From an uncultured Nitrospiraceae bacterium (GTDB lineage Bacteria; Nitrospirota; Nitrospiria; Nitrospirales; Nitrospiraceae), in assembly GCA_963730935.1 (NCBI GenBank), contig CAVSTP010000004.1, positions 448,001 to 512,000 on the forward strand: DNA of 64,000 bases, written 5' to 3'. The notes beneath the pieces are model-generated. The model was not told the DNA's origin, ran no database searches, and saw nothing but the letters and a program-made list of their open reading frames with translations. Position numbers and translations under genes: made by a program. The number at the start of each line of letters is the position of its first letter. Within the stretch, counting starts at the first letter, position 1. This document shows, piece by piece, positions 53,201 through 62,250 of this stretch.

Positions 53201-53436
53201 CCTTTGAAACCGATGTCTGGTCAACGGACAACGGTACCTTGCTCCGCAATACCCTCGGCCAACTGATGAACGGCATTAAGAACGGCAGGTTTTTCATCAT
53301 GCCGGGCACCTATTGCCAGACATGCGAATATCGCGTCGCCTGCCGCCGCGAGCACATGCCGACGTCGTGGCGCGCCTCTCGAACGATGGAAGCGAGAGCG
53401 TTGGCGGCCTTACGAACCCTGCGGGTCGACCGATGA
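50254..53436 (+). CDS. addB: AddB/RexB-like subunit: inactive helicase fold plus Fe-S PD-(D/E)XK nuclease
   Basis: ARGLSFRALFVLGLNE, PTPLERYARCPFRYF, RGRVDRVD, IIDYK, CQTCEYRVAC. Confidence 0.8.
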   Translation: MLKVVTGRFHPSLESALVEQIRRLKAADPWAKVAILAPSKPILDRLRRVLAIDHGLSLLNLHLFTFHQLALRVADELRSRSGHPPLRVVDGLFFEHLVRHLVEQRLAESPALGQLGHSFGTWAALWATIRDLKDGGVDAATALQALGEGCFGGEDQEWLRTLFSLQAAVEQVSADLAVGTADDLADALVASVAASQFLASMHQVCYYGFYDLTQVQLSLFQAVSASVSTTLFFPLDNHPSFAFARRFFDRHVQPFLGADPPIHLNTVGTGTPPPELSVQSVIGPEEELSATCRTILDLVETHGYRFDEIGVVARTLAPYCTLVQSVFNRHRIPVTTTARRPLIHHPLCKTVLLLAALPVNDFYRTAVLDLVTSPFFAKPVLGRSGYSTAYRPEQWKAIVEALNITHGLDEWKRLERASQSALELDGDGDEIGALGPLEVTPEVIAVLWSTVSRLLTSCSALPAQGPYGTLLEAFQFLLQEQLRRADDGRDGLDNEPGGLSAVWEAIDQTVRRLGELTAIRRELTWADFSDLLTHAFERASVPLEQASTQSVIFSDAMAARGLSFRALFVLGLNEKVFPRYIREDPFLRDRHRLVLETTLGYKVDEKLSGYDEEALLFRLLTQAAGRRLYLSFQRADDAGRMLAPSPYVGEARQSDGMPPPPMDMVPRRLTERLAQRPVMSRFLPPAELAQWMAVNGKDAAGLLEATGGDAVTFREGTEALARTETDQQALTAFDGLTGSLETHWVSLEERGIAPTPLERYARCPFRYFSADVLRLEPVRAHGSDEPDVRVLGTFCHSALRRCYELLLPTGWPEKPVTDDTIDWCIESAIEEAAADVERDHRTGHYLLWELAKTSILDVMTAAVDDDTRAYRDAPFAPVAFEVLAEGAITDVPGCGSTPLKIRGRVDRVDRHRDSRALRIIDYKLKIGKSITSEDRHLVQSAARGYRLQPPLYARLHIPDHGNAQQVQLFFLAPNWATPVVRSTFETDVWSTDNGTLLRNTLGQLMNGIKNGRFFIMPGTYCQTCEYRVACRREHMPTSWRASRTMEARALAALRTLRVDR

Positions 53437-56400
53437 GCAGCCGTGCACCGATCTCGGATCAGGACGCCCGTCGCGCGGCGGAAACCACGTTCGATCGAAA
53501 CGTCGTCGTCGTGGCCGGTGCCGGCACAGGAAAAACCACCCTGCTCGTGAACCGCCTGATCCACCTTCTCATGAGAGAACCCCAGCCGGTGGCGATTACC
53601 CATACCGTCGCATTGACGTATACCAATAAGGCAGCCACGGAGATGAAGGTCCGGCTTCGTGAACGGCTGACCGCCCTCAAGCGCGCGTCGACGGGGGACT
53701 TTCAAGCGTCCGATGGCGGAGCCATTGCCATGGACGAGGTGCGCACGCACTACAACCTCACAGCAGAGGACATCGCGACACGCGCCGAGGCGGCGCTGCG
53801 CGATCTGGAAAAGGCGCAAATCGGGACGGTCCACAGCTTCGCCGCCCATCTGCTGCGCCTCTTTCCGCTGGAGGCCGGTGTGGACCCCGCCTTCCGAGAG
53901 GATGACGGCCTCCGGTTCGACGAATCCTTCCAGCTCGCATGGGACGTCTGGATCGATCGTGAGCTCGGTCGCGAAGGCGTCCAGCACTCCCGCTGGCGAA
54001 CACTCTTGCAATCGACGACTCTGGAGCAGCTGCGTGGACTCGCCTATGCGCTGTGCAATGATCTCATCGATCTCGACGTGCTGTTCCGTCAGGTCGGTTC
54101 AGCACCCGACCAGGCCCTCACGGACTGGATCGGCAGCCTGCGTGACCGGGCGCAGACGTTGTTGGACTCCAACGACCGACCGACGCGGCGCAAGATCGAG
54201 CACATGCTGGCAGGAGCCGTTGCTCTCCTCACGCTCCTGAAAGACAAAGGGCCTCAATCCATCGATGAACTCGATCATTCCGCACGGGAATGGCTCGAAA
54301 AGGACCCGGGCCTGGCAATCAGCGATTGGAGCGCTCACGAGTTCACCCAAGCAGTTACAGTCGTGAAAATAGCGCAGCAAATGCTGATGCTTAACGATGC
54401 ATACTTCATCAATCTGTTGACCCTGATCAGCCCCCTTGTTACCTCTATCAGGTCTACCCTCGCGCGAACCGGGTGGATTTCATTCGACGGATTATTGGCC
54501 CGTGCCAGGAGGCTTCTTTGGGACCATCCGGACGTCAGGGAACGGATCAAGCGCGAGTATCGCGCCATCCTGATCGATGAGTTTCAGGACACGGATCCTG
54601 TCCAATACGAAATCCTCCTGGCTCTCGCCGAAGCGTCGGGGCGTGCATCCATGACCTGGCAAGCCATGGTGCTCGAACCAGGAAAGCTGTTCATCGTCGG
54701 TGATCCCAAGCAGTCGATCTATGCCTTTCGCCGGGCCGACATGGAAGCCTTCGATCGCGTGGTCGACAAGGTGCTTGCGGATGGGGGAACGCTGTACAGT
54801 CTGACCACCAACTTTCGAAGCGATGCAAGCATTCTTGGACCGGTTAATGACGTGTTCGACCGGCTCCTTCTCCGGCAACCGCTGGTCCAACCGGGCAATG
54901 TGCGTCTTCAAGGCGACGCTCGGCGAACGGGAAACCTTACCGAAACCGGCGTGATGATCCAAGTCACAGCACCGGCGGCAGGTGACGATCCCTTCGATGC
55001 AGCAGGGGCGGCCAGAGCGGAAGGAGAAGTGCTGGCCCGCTGGTTGCGCGAGGAGCTGCTCACTCGGCCCGGTGTCTCCGCCGGTCAGGTGGCATTCCTG
55101 TTTCGAAAATTGACGCAGGCCGACGGGTATCTGGACGCCCTTCGACGCTACAACATTCCCTACCTTATAGAAGGGGAGAAACATTACTATCGCCGCCAGG
55201 AAGTCATCGATCTCGTCAACATCCTTCGGGTGCTCGACCATCCGCATGATCACATCGCGCTTCTGGGAGTCCTGCGTTCGCCGCTCGGCAGCCTGACGGA
55301 TCGGGACATTTACGATCTTCGTGAGGCCGGCGGCTTCGGCGATCTGAACGAGAACACTGTCCACGCATGGTCCCATGCTCGAGCAGAGACGGTTCGACGT
55401 CTGTATCGTCGCCTGGGCTCGCTGCATCGTATGGTGACGGCACTTCCGCTGGATGAAGCCATTCAAGTGGTGTTCGATCAGTTCCCGCTGCTGGAGCTGG
55501 CGGCGGCCTCTCTGCACGGGGAGCAGGCCGTCGCCAATCTGCTCAAGGTCAAACAGACGGCCGCGTCGCTCGCCGATCGACCGCAGCTCACATTGAGCCG
55601 CTTTATCGAAGTGATGATGACCAGATTGGATGAGCAGCCGGATGAAGCGGAAAGTCCGCTGGCAGAGGATTCGTCCGACGCAGTGCAGATTTTGACGATT
55701 CACAAGGCCAAGGGTCTTGAGTTTCCCATCGTCGTGCTTCCGGGTCTTCACCAAGGCAGCGGACGGGACAAAGCAACGCCGACGGTGGTCTATGACTGGT
55801 CCACCGGCACCTATGGTCTTTCCGCAGGTTCGCATCAGACCCTCGGCTACCTGAGGGTGCAGGAGAAGCAGGTCGAACGGGAGAAAGCCGAGCGGCGCCG
55901 GGTCTTCTATGTGGGCATGACACGGGCGAAGGATCTCCTACTGCTCTCCGGCGGCCTGACCTCACGATCGGTCGGCGAAACGGTGCTTGAGTGGCTGAAC
56001 GAGATCGGCGAGGGAGAGATCGGGAATCCAGAGACGAAAACGGTAAAAATCGGATCAAGCGAAGTCGTGCATCGGGTCGTCCACGCACCGGAACGAAAAT
56101 GGCCCAGACGTGTGCCGGCAACGAGCGAGGACGGCCCCGCCGTCAATCCGGCGTCGCTTGCCCGATTGTGGGACGAACGGACGGCTCGATGGCAGACAGT
56201 GCGGGCCGGCACGTGGCATGTCACGCCGAGTTCCGTCAATGAGCGTCTCACGCTCAGCGACTTCGATTCCGCTCCTGGAGCCGGGGGACGCGACGTGAGC
56301 CGGCTCGTGGGAGTCATTGCACATCACATTCTCGAAGGATGGGACTTTGCCCGGCCACCCGACGAACTGCTGATGCGGATCGATCCCTCGCTTGAGCGGT

Positions 56401-56780
56401 TTCTCCCGCAAGAACTCAACGAGGTCCGATCGAAGGTCGCCGATTCGCTCACCGAGATTTTCACGACATTCAGCGCTTCCGAATCCTACGCCAGACTCAG
56501 TTCTGGCGCGATCTTGGGACGTGAGGTGCCCTTTGTCATGCCCTGGGGCGAACGGCAGGTCATGGAAGGAGTTATCGACGTGATCTACAGCCTTGACGGG
56601 AAGATCTGGATTGCGGACTATAAGACCGACCGGACTACGACATCCGAAGCGCCGGCGAGAGCCGAGTTGTATGCCCACCAGGCGGCAATCTATCGGGAAG
56701 CGGTGACCCGATGTCTAGGCCTGTCGCAGGCGTCCTTCCAATTTTTGTTTCTCCGAGCGGGCGTCAGCGTGGACCTGTGA
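53433..56780 (+). CDS. addA: AddA-like UvrD helicase with RecB-type nuclease
   Basis: AGAGTGKT, IDEFQDT, VGDPKQSIYAFR, TIHKAKGLEF, YVGMTRA, EGVID...ADYKT; ATGA overlap with addB. Confidence 0.88.
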   Translation: MSSRAPISDQDARRAAETTFDRNVVVVAGAGTGKTTLLVNRLIHLLMREPQPVAITHTVALTYTNKAATEMKVRLRERLTALKRASTGDFQASDGGAIAMDEVRTHYNLTAEDIATRAEAALRDLEKAQIGTVHSFAAHLLRLFPLEAGVDPAFREDDGLRFDESFQLAWDVWIDRELGREGVQHSRWRTLLQSTTLEQLRGLAYALCNDLIDLDVLFRQVGSAPDQALTDWIGSLRDRAQTLLDSNDRPTRRKIEHMLAGAVALLTLLKDKGPQSIDELDHSAREWLEKDPGLAISDWSAHEFTQAVTVVKIAQQMLMLNDAYFINLLTLISPLVTSIRSTLARTGWISFDGLLARARRLLWDHPDVRERIKREYRAILIDEFQDTDPVQYEILLALAEASGRASMTWQAMVLEPGKLFIVGDPKQSIYAFRRADMEAFDRVVDKVLADGGTLYSLTTNFRSDASILGPVNDVFDRLLLRQPLVQPGNVRLQGDARRTGNLTETGVMIQVTAPAAGDDPFDAAGAARAEGEVLARWLREELLTRPGVSAGQVAFLFRKLTQADGYLDALRRYNIPYLIEGEKHYYRRQEVIDLVNILRVLDHPHDHIALLGVLRSPLGSLTDRDIYDLREAGGFGDLNENTVHAWSHARAETVRRLYRRLGSLHRMVTALPLDEAIQVVFDQFPLLELAAASLHGEQAVANLLKVKQTAASLADRPQLTLSRFIEVMMTRLDEQPDEAESPLAEDSSDAVQILTIHKAKGLEFPIVVLPGLHQGSGRDKATPTVVYDWSTGTYGLSAGSHQTLGYLRVQEKQVEREKAERRRVFYVGMTRAKDLLLLSGGLTSRSVGETVLEWLNEIGEGEIGNPETKTVKIGSSEVVHRVVHAPERKWPRRVPATSEDGPAVNPASLARLWDERTARWQTVRAGTWHVTPSSVNERLTLSDFDSAPGAGGRDVSRLVGVIAHHILEGWDFARPPDELLMRIDPSLERFLPQELNEVRSKVADSLTEIFTTFSASESYARLSSGAILGREVPFVMPWGERQVMEGVIDVIYSLDGKIWIADYKTDRTTTSEAPARAELYAHQAAIYREAVTRCLGLSQASFQFLFLRAGVSVDL

Positions 56781-56871
56781 GCGGACGTTTAACCGAATCG
56801 ATCATCCGGCGAAGGACGATCAATTACACCAACCAGCCAGTGGTGATCCGCCATCCTCAAAGGAGGTCGCG

Positions 56872-57282
56872 ATGCGCATCCTGTTGACGGTCATCTTCTG
56901 TGCCATCGCTCTGGGATGTTCCGGCAAGTCCGGCGCGCAGAGAAACGTCCTGTCGGCGCCCTTCGGCACGAAACCGGAGGCCGCCGCACAGGTGGAGAAG
57001 GGCAATACGCTGTTCGCCTCGAGTGATTTCGCAGGTGCTGAACAAGCATTCCGCCAGGCGATCGTTGCGGATGCCGGCTTGGCAGAAGCCCATTACAACC
57101 TGGCCCTGACGCTCGATCGGGCCGGCCGTAAAGACGAAGCCAAGAAACATTACATCGAGGCCGCGAATTTGGCGCCCGGCAACAAGGTCATTTGGGATTC
57201 TCCGCCCCTCCACCAAAGCGGTGGTCTGGACCACGAGATCGAAAAGAAATCGTATTTGGACCCAAGCCCCCGAGGATTCTAG
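56872..57282 (+). CDS. TPR-repeat lipoprotein
   Basis: SD AAGGAGG; ALGC lipobox; AEAHYNLALTL. Confidence 0.8.
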   Translation: MRILLTVIFCAIALGCSGKSGAQRNVLSAPFGTKPEAAAQVEKGNTLFASSDFAGAEQAFRQAIVADAGLAEAHYNLALTLDRAGRKDEAKKHYIEAANLAPGNKVIWDSPPLHQSGGLDHEIEKKSYLDPSPRGF

Positions 57283-57284
57283 CA

Positions 57285-57665
57285 ATGGGTCGAAGGCGGC
57301 GGGATTTCTCTCCGGAGGAGTTCGGCACGCTGGTCGAGCAAGCGCTTGCCGATCTACCCCCGGCGTACGCTCGACTCGCCCGAGACGTCTCGGTGGTCGT
57401 CGAAGAGGAACCTCCGCCTGAGGTGCTCGAAGACCTGGAACTGGAGTCGGCCGATGACCTGCTGGGTCTGTATCAGGGTCTCTCGCTGGCGCAAGAATCC
57501 TTTTTCCAAACCGGAGGGCAACAACCGCCGCGCATCGCGATCTATAGAGGCCCCATTCTACGGCTCTGCGAAACCGCGGATGACGTCAGACGGGAAGTCC
57601 TGGAAACGGTGGTGCATGAACTCGGACATCACGTCGGGCTCGGCGATGACGACATGCCCTATTGA
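57285..57665 (+). CDS. Zincin-like metallopeptidase (minimal MMP-like family)
   Basis: LLGLYQG, IAIYRGPI, VVHELGHHVG. Confidence 0.85.
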   Translation: MGRRRRDFSPEEFGTLVEQALADLPPAYARLARDVSVVVEEEPPPEVLEDLELESADDLLGLYQGLSLAQESFFQTGGQQPPRIAIYRGPILRLCETADDVRREVLETVVHELGHHVGLGDDDMPY

Positions 57666-58489
57666 GGCTTGAGCGAGGGGTTCCGTCGCTGGGCGAGGGC
57701 CTGGCGTTGATACCCCAGGGTGAGCATGAAGACACCGATCACGATCATGGGCAACGACAGCAATTGTCCCATGGACAAGGACCCGAAAATAAATCCGATG
57801 TGCGCATCCGGCTCTCGAAACAATTCAACCACAATCCGACAGATGCCATAACCGGTCAAAAAACTCCAAAAAATCGTCCCCGGCGGGGTTGAGCGCCTCC
57901 CGATGAGCCAAAGCACTGTAAACAGCAAGATCCCTTCCAACCCAGCCTCATAGAGCTGCGATGGATGCCGGCAGGCGGGACCGCCGCCCGGAAACACCAT
58001 GCACCACGGCGCGTCGGTGGGCCGTCCATATAACTCGCCATTAATGAAATTGCCCAGGCGTCCGAAGCCCAATCCGATCGGGGTCACTGAAGCGGCAAGA
58101 TCAGCGATCGTATATATGGGAATCCCCTGGCGCTTGCCGAACCACACGAGCGACACGATGGTACCGAGCAATCCGCCGTGGAATGACATCCCGCCCTCCC
58201 ACACGGCGAAAAACTTCAATGGATGCTGTAGGTAATAGGAAAGATTGTAAAACAGGGTGTAACCCAGGCGCCCGCCGATGAACACACCCAACGCGGCCCA
58301 GACGACCATGTCGTAGATTTGGTCCTTCGAGATCGGCAATCCCTTCTCGCGGACCTTGCGTGTAATAAGGAAATAGGCCGTGGTCAGACCGATCAGATAC
58401 ATCAGTCCGTACCAGCGGAACTGCAAGGGGCCGAGTTCGAAAAAAACCGGATTGACGTGCGGGTAGGGGATGGCCTGAAGCCAACTCAT
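57659..58489 (-). CDS. lgt: Prolipoprotein diacylglyceryl transferase
   Basis: RWYGLMY, GGRLGY, GGMSFHGG, GRLGNFINGELYGR, HPSQLYE. Confidence 0.96.
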   Translation of the reverse strand: MSWLQAIPYPHVNPVFFELGPLQFRWYGLMYLIGLTTAYFLITRKVREKGLPISKDQIYDMVVWAALGVFIGGRLGYTLFYNLSYYLQHPLKFFAVWEGGMSFHGGLLGTIVSLVWFGKRQGIPIYTIADLAASVTPIGLGFGRLGNFINGELYGRPTDAPWCMVFPGGGPACRHPSQLYEAGLEGILLFTVLWLIGRRSTPPGTIFWSFLTGYGICRIVVELFREPDAHIGFIFGSLSMGQLLSLPMIVIGVFMLTLGYQRQALAQRRNPSLKPQ

Positions 58490-58729
58490 TCTTGCCTCAT
58501 GTGGCACGCTGGCTGGATCATAAGTGACGTCTGCAGGCATTGCAAGCCTGCCCACATCCGACGATGTATTTCCAAAGCCGCTCTGAACGCTGCTTTCACC
58601 GGCTCTTCTGTTGGTTTTCTCGCACGACTGTGTTCCGGGCTGTGAGAAAAAGGTGACCGAATATTAATAGGTCTTAATCGGCGCAAGCCGCAACCGCCTG
58701 TTTTGCAGCGATGCCGGCCCTTTGGCATC

Positions 58730-58744
58730 TGGCACACTTGATGC
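58730..58744 (+). promoter_or_regulatory. Sigma54 (-24/-12) promoter
   Basis: TGGCACACTTGATGC: GG-N10-GC with TGGCAC, about 70 nt upstream of the YtxH-like gene. Confidence 0.65.
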
Positions 58745-58813
58745 TGAAGCGATGACCAGGAACTTGAGGGGTTGGAATCAATCATCCACATCCGTTGCTC
58801 GAAGGAGGTTGTC

Positions 58814-59050
58814 ATGTCGAACGAAGGAAAACAGGTGGCTCGTTGGGCTGCACTCGTTGCGGGAAGCGCGGTGGTTGGAGCAGGAATCGGTCTGCTCTTC
58901 GCGCCTCAGACCGGAACGGAAACGCGCCGTGAAATCGCCCGGTACGCCAAGAAGGCGCAGGTCCAGGCCACTCGTTGGAGCCGTGCCGTACAGTCGGGGG
59001 TCAAGGAAGCAATGGATCGTACGAAGCGGCCCATGGTCGAAGCGGTCTAA
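58814..59050 (+). CDS. YtxH-like protein
   Basis: SD AAGGAGG; GAGIGLLFAPQTGTETR. Confidence 0.82.
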   Translation: MSNEGKQVARWAALVAGSAVVGAGIGLLFAPQTGTETRREIARYAKKAQVQATRWSRAVQSGVKEAMDRTKRPMVEAV

Positions 59051-59175
59051 CGCTCTATTCCTCCGGCGTTCCGGCTGGGCCCACTCGGTGCCTGTACCCG
59101 GACGCATTCACCTTCGGCTGCCGCATTCAGTCTGTCGCCGAAACGGCTGCAGGCTGATTGCGCGCGTCGTGCGCC

Positions 59176-59204
59176 TTGACCGCCCCATACCCCGATGCTA
59201 GAGT
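59176..59204 (+). promoter_or_regulatory. Sigma70-type promoter of tRNA-Leu
   Basis: TTGACC-N17-TAGAGT with extended TG. Confidence 0.55.
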
Positions 59205-59298
59205 CCCACTGCTTTCAGGCCATGCGTGGCGTGGCCGATATCTGCATGCTCCCTCCGCAACGACGACCGAACGCAGGATGATCCCGTCAGCCGGTCAT

Positions 59299-59387
59299 GC
59301 AGGAGTGGCGAAACTGGCATACGCACAGGACTTAAAATCCTGTGGCTCGAAAGAGCCGTACGGGTTCGACCCCCGTCTCCTGCACCA
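59299..59387 (+). tRNA. tRNA-Leu (anticodon TAA)
   Basis: Acceptor GCAGGAG/CTCCTGC, anticodon arm CAGGA-CTTAAAA-TCCTG, long variable arm, GTTCGA T-loop, encoded CCA. Confidence 0.97.
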
Positions 59388-59488
59388 CGATCCCGAACAG
59401 ACATGCGCTGCCGATAGGCCGCCGATGCGTCTTCCGCCTCGCTGTGTTGGGAACAGGCCAGCCCTCCGGCATCCTACTGGAGTAATGC

Positions 59489-59863
59489 TTAGGCTCTGAT
59501 GAGCAGATGATCGAGGTAGACCGGTTTGTCGGCAGGATTTGGATGGAGAGACTCAACATACCGCTGCAACCGTGCTCGTTCGTGCCGGTTCACGTGAATA
59601 ACTTCAACGGTGATCCAATGATTCTGAATCTGCCTGACCTCAGCCAAGCCAATGTGGATGCTGGCACCACCATCATCCAACCACAAACGAACCTTGACAA
59701 AATCGCCGGGTGCCAACTGGTCCGGGGCAGCGACCTCTGAGCTGGATTCATTGATTCTCAGCACGCAACCGTCTGCCTCGAGGTGCCGATGCACCCGAGC
59801 GAGCATGCAGTCGATCGACAGATTTGGAATGGCCCAACAGGCCTGTTGCTTACCTATCGCCAT
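59489..59863 (-). CDS. Degenerate PilZ-like protein
   Basis: PGDFVKVRLWL...AEVR beta-barrel pattern and C-terminal RARLQRYV helix like the other PilZ proteins; no RxxxR motif. Confidence 0.5.
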   Translation of the reverse strand: MAIGKQQACWAIPNLSIDCMLARVHRHLEADGCVLRINESSSEVAAPDQLAPGDFVKVRLWLDDGGASIHIGLAEVRQIQNHWITVEVIHVNRHERARLQRYVESLHPNPADKPVYLDHLLIRA

Positions 59864-59975
59864 AGGGTGAACCTAGAGTAGTGCGAAGAAGCCCTTGTTG
59901 GCTATCCCTCAAGAGGAGGGGAAAGCGGGTCTCCATGAAGCGGACATACGGTAGAAAAGGAGGGGACTGGTCACT

Positions 59976-60353
59976 ATGCACAGCAGTCGATTCTTGTTTC
60001 TAGGCGCGACGTTTGCGGGTCTAGCGGTCGCCGCCGGAGCCTTCGGCGCCCATATGCTCAGGCCGATTCTGGACGCCGCCATGCTGGGAGCCTTTGAAAC
60101 CGGGGCGCGCTACCAGATGTACCATGCCTTGGCATTGTGTCTGCTCGCCGGTATGGCCGAACGGAATCCGACACTTCGCGTGACAGCGGTGGGATGGCTC
60201 TTTGTGGCCGGCATGGTGCTGTTTTCGGGAAGTCTGTACCTGCTCGCGTTGAGCGGGGTCCGATGGGTGGGTGCCTTCACGCCGCTCGGCGGAGCGACCT
60301 TGATCACGGGTTGGGCGCTGTTGGCATGGACCGTGGCGAGACGCCGGTCTTAG
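59976..60353 (+). CDS. DUF423 (YgdD/TMEM256) membrane protein
   Basis: GAFGAH, FETGARYQMYH, LFSGSLY, TPLGG. Confidence 0.9.
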   Translation: MHSSRFLFLGATFAGLAVAAGAFGAHMLRPILDAAMLGAFETGARYQMYHALALCLLAGMAERNPTLRVTAVGWLFVAGMVLFSGSLYLLALSGVRWVGAFTPLGGATLITGWALLAWTVARRRS

Positions 60354-60354
60354 C

Positions 60355-61272
60355 TCACGGCGTGCAGGACGCCGTTCGTTTCCCGCTGACCGACCCCCAG
60401 CCGCCCTGGGAATTGACGAACGTCCCTTCGAGCCGTTGCCCTTCCTTGGAAAACAAGAGACTGTCCTCTTGGACCTTCCCGTCGCGTTCCCAACGGAGAT
60501 AGACCACATCGCCGAGGACGACGATTTCTGACAGACCGGGAAGCGGTGCGCCGTCCTTGCCTGGCGGAGGAAAGATGAGCGAGAGCTTTTGTTCCTCATG
60601 ATGCCGCTGATGGTTGTGAATCACCCATTGCCAGGTCCCACATAGACGCGCTTGGCCACGCGTGCCCCGCACGCGGTCTTTCCAGGTCTTGAGACGCCAC
60701 CATTCCTCCATCGCCTGCCGACCGGCCTCCTGCGCCAAATGGCCAACAGCCACGCCGACGACCGCGCTCGTGTCTCCGACATTCCACAGCTTGATGGCGT
60801 CGTTCAAGGAAGGGAACGGGCCGTTGGCCGTCAGCCACGCGACCTGGGAGGGCGCCACTACGACCTCCGCCCGGACCGACTTGCCTTCCAGAGACTGCAT
60901 CATCCGATCGGCAAGTCGCCATGCCACCAGGGAGGACACCAGCCGATGGGCGGAGGCGCTGATTTGCGGCACCATCAGCTCTTTGGCCAGCTTAGTCGAC
61001 ATGCCTTGAACCGCCAATGTGCCTGCAACGTCAGGCAGAGCTGCCGCGCGACCAATTGCGCGCACGAACACTTCGCGCGCCTCCTGATCGGAATCCACAC
61101 GAGACAGCCACTCCTGGTGTGCATCAGCGATCTTCGCCCACTCAGGCAAAGATTCCGCTGCCGGTTCATCTCCAACCGCAAAAGACTCGAGGGGACCGTC
61201 GGAGAGGATGAGGACAAAGGCCAGCGCAACAAGGATCACGCTGTGACCGGTCGATGTCAGGTGCATGAACAT
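60355..61272 (-). CDS. Secreted hypothetical protein
   Basis: 305-aa ORF with signal-like N-terminus, helical middle and beta-rich C-terminal domain with a Cys pair. Confidence 0.6.
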   Translation of the reverse strand: MFMHLTSTGHSVILVALAFVLILSDGPLESFAVGDEPAAESLPEWAKIADAHQEWLSRVDSDQEAREVFVRAIGRAAALPDVAGTLAVQGMSTKLAKELMVPQISASAHRLVSSLVAWRLADRMMQSLEGKSVRAEVVVAPSQVAWLTANGPFPSLNDAIKLWNVGDTSAVVGVAVGHLAQEAGRQAMEEWWRLKTWKDRVRGTRGQARLCGTWQWVIHNHQRHHEEQKLSLIFPPPGKDGAPLPGLSEIVVLGDVVYLRWERDGKVQEDSLLFSKEGQRLEGTFVNSQGGWGSVSGKRTASCTP

Positions 61273-61318
61273 GGATGGCGGGAGGTGAGAAGTCGCGTGC
61301 GCGACGAGGTGGTGTTCG

Positions 61319-62116
61319 TCAGGCGCCCTGCACGTGCTGTTTCAAAAAAAGCGCAGTGGCGGCCCATGCCTCGACTGCCGCTGCTTCACGGTAACTGTCC
61401 GGTCTCGACTCATTGCTGAATGCGTGCGGCGCACCCGCATAGGTCCGGATGTCGAGAACCTTCTTATCTTCCTCAGCCAGATGACGCAACCGCTCGATGT
61501 CCTGGGCCGAGACCCAGGAATCGTTGTCGGCATAATGATAGAGCACGGGACAGAGGATGTCTTTGAACGCAGTGTCCGGCCGTATCATCCGCCCATAATA
61601 GGAAACCGCTCCCTTTAGGCGCTTACGCTGACAGGCAAACTTCATCGCCAGCGTACCGCCCATGCCGAATCCCACCACGCCGTGAATGTTGCGCTTGATG
61701 AATTCCCTCGTATTCAGGAATTCGCAACATGAATTAATGTCTTGGAGCGCGAGTGACTCATCGAGTTTCCCCATCAGGGCCTCGGCCACCTCCGCGTTTC
61801 CCGTCACCATGCCCCCGATGCGGCCGTAGAGATTCGGGATGATGACCCCGTAGCCTTCACAAGCCAGGCGTGCGCCCAAGTCCTTGATCTGCGAATTCAG
61901 CCCCCACCATTCGTGCAAGAGCACGATGCCAGGATAGGGCCCCTTTTCTTGGGGCCAAAATTCGATGCACTCGACCTGAACGGTCTTAATGGGCCGGGTT
62001 CTGATGTAAGGATCCACCGATGCATCGGTGAGCGTCGGCAATGCGACGCCGCTCGGAAAGCGGCTCGTCCCTGTGCCGATCTGCTGCAAGGTAAAGGGAG
62101 CAGTCGTTGAGACCAT
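61319..62116 (-). CDS. Dienelactone hydrolase family protein (nucleophile Cys replaced by Gly)
   Basis: LLHEWWGLN, GYGVIIPNLY, VVGFGMGG, SYYG, YAGAPHAF. Confidence 0.85.
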   Translation of the reverse strand: MVSTTAPFTLQQIGTGTSRFPSGVALPTLTDASVDPYIRTRPIKTVQVECIEFWPQEKGPYPGIVLLHEWWGLNSQIKDLGARLACEGYGVIIPNLYGRIGGMVTGNAEVAEALMGKLDESLALQDINSCCEFLNTREFIKRNIHGVVGFGMGGTLAMKFACQRKRLKGAVSYYGRMIRPDTAFKDILCPVLYHYADNDSWVSAQDIERLRHLAEEDKKVLDIRTYAGAPHAFSNESRPDSYREAAAVEAWAATALFLKQHVQGA

Positions 62117-62250
62117 AAGACGTGATGTCCTTTGGATGCGACAATCTAGGCCAATTTGGCGGACTGCTCCGTACTATAGGGACCACTCTGTCGGCTTGTC
62201 AATGTAACCTGAACGGCGGTACTCTGCTTCAGAGCTTCAGACACATCTCC

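Noticed and set aside
59299..59500. Genomic island integrated at tRNA-Leu
   Set aside because: No integrase downstream and I saw no duplicated tRNA 3' end in the window
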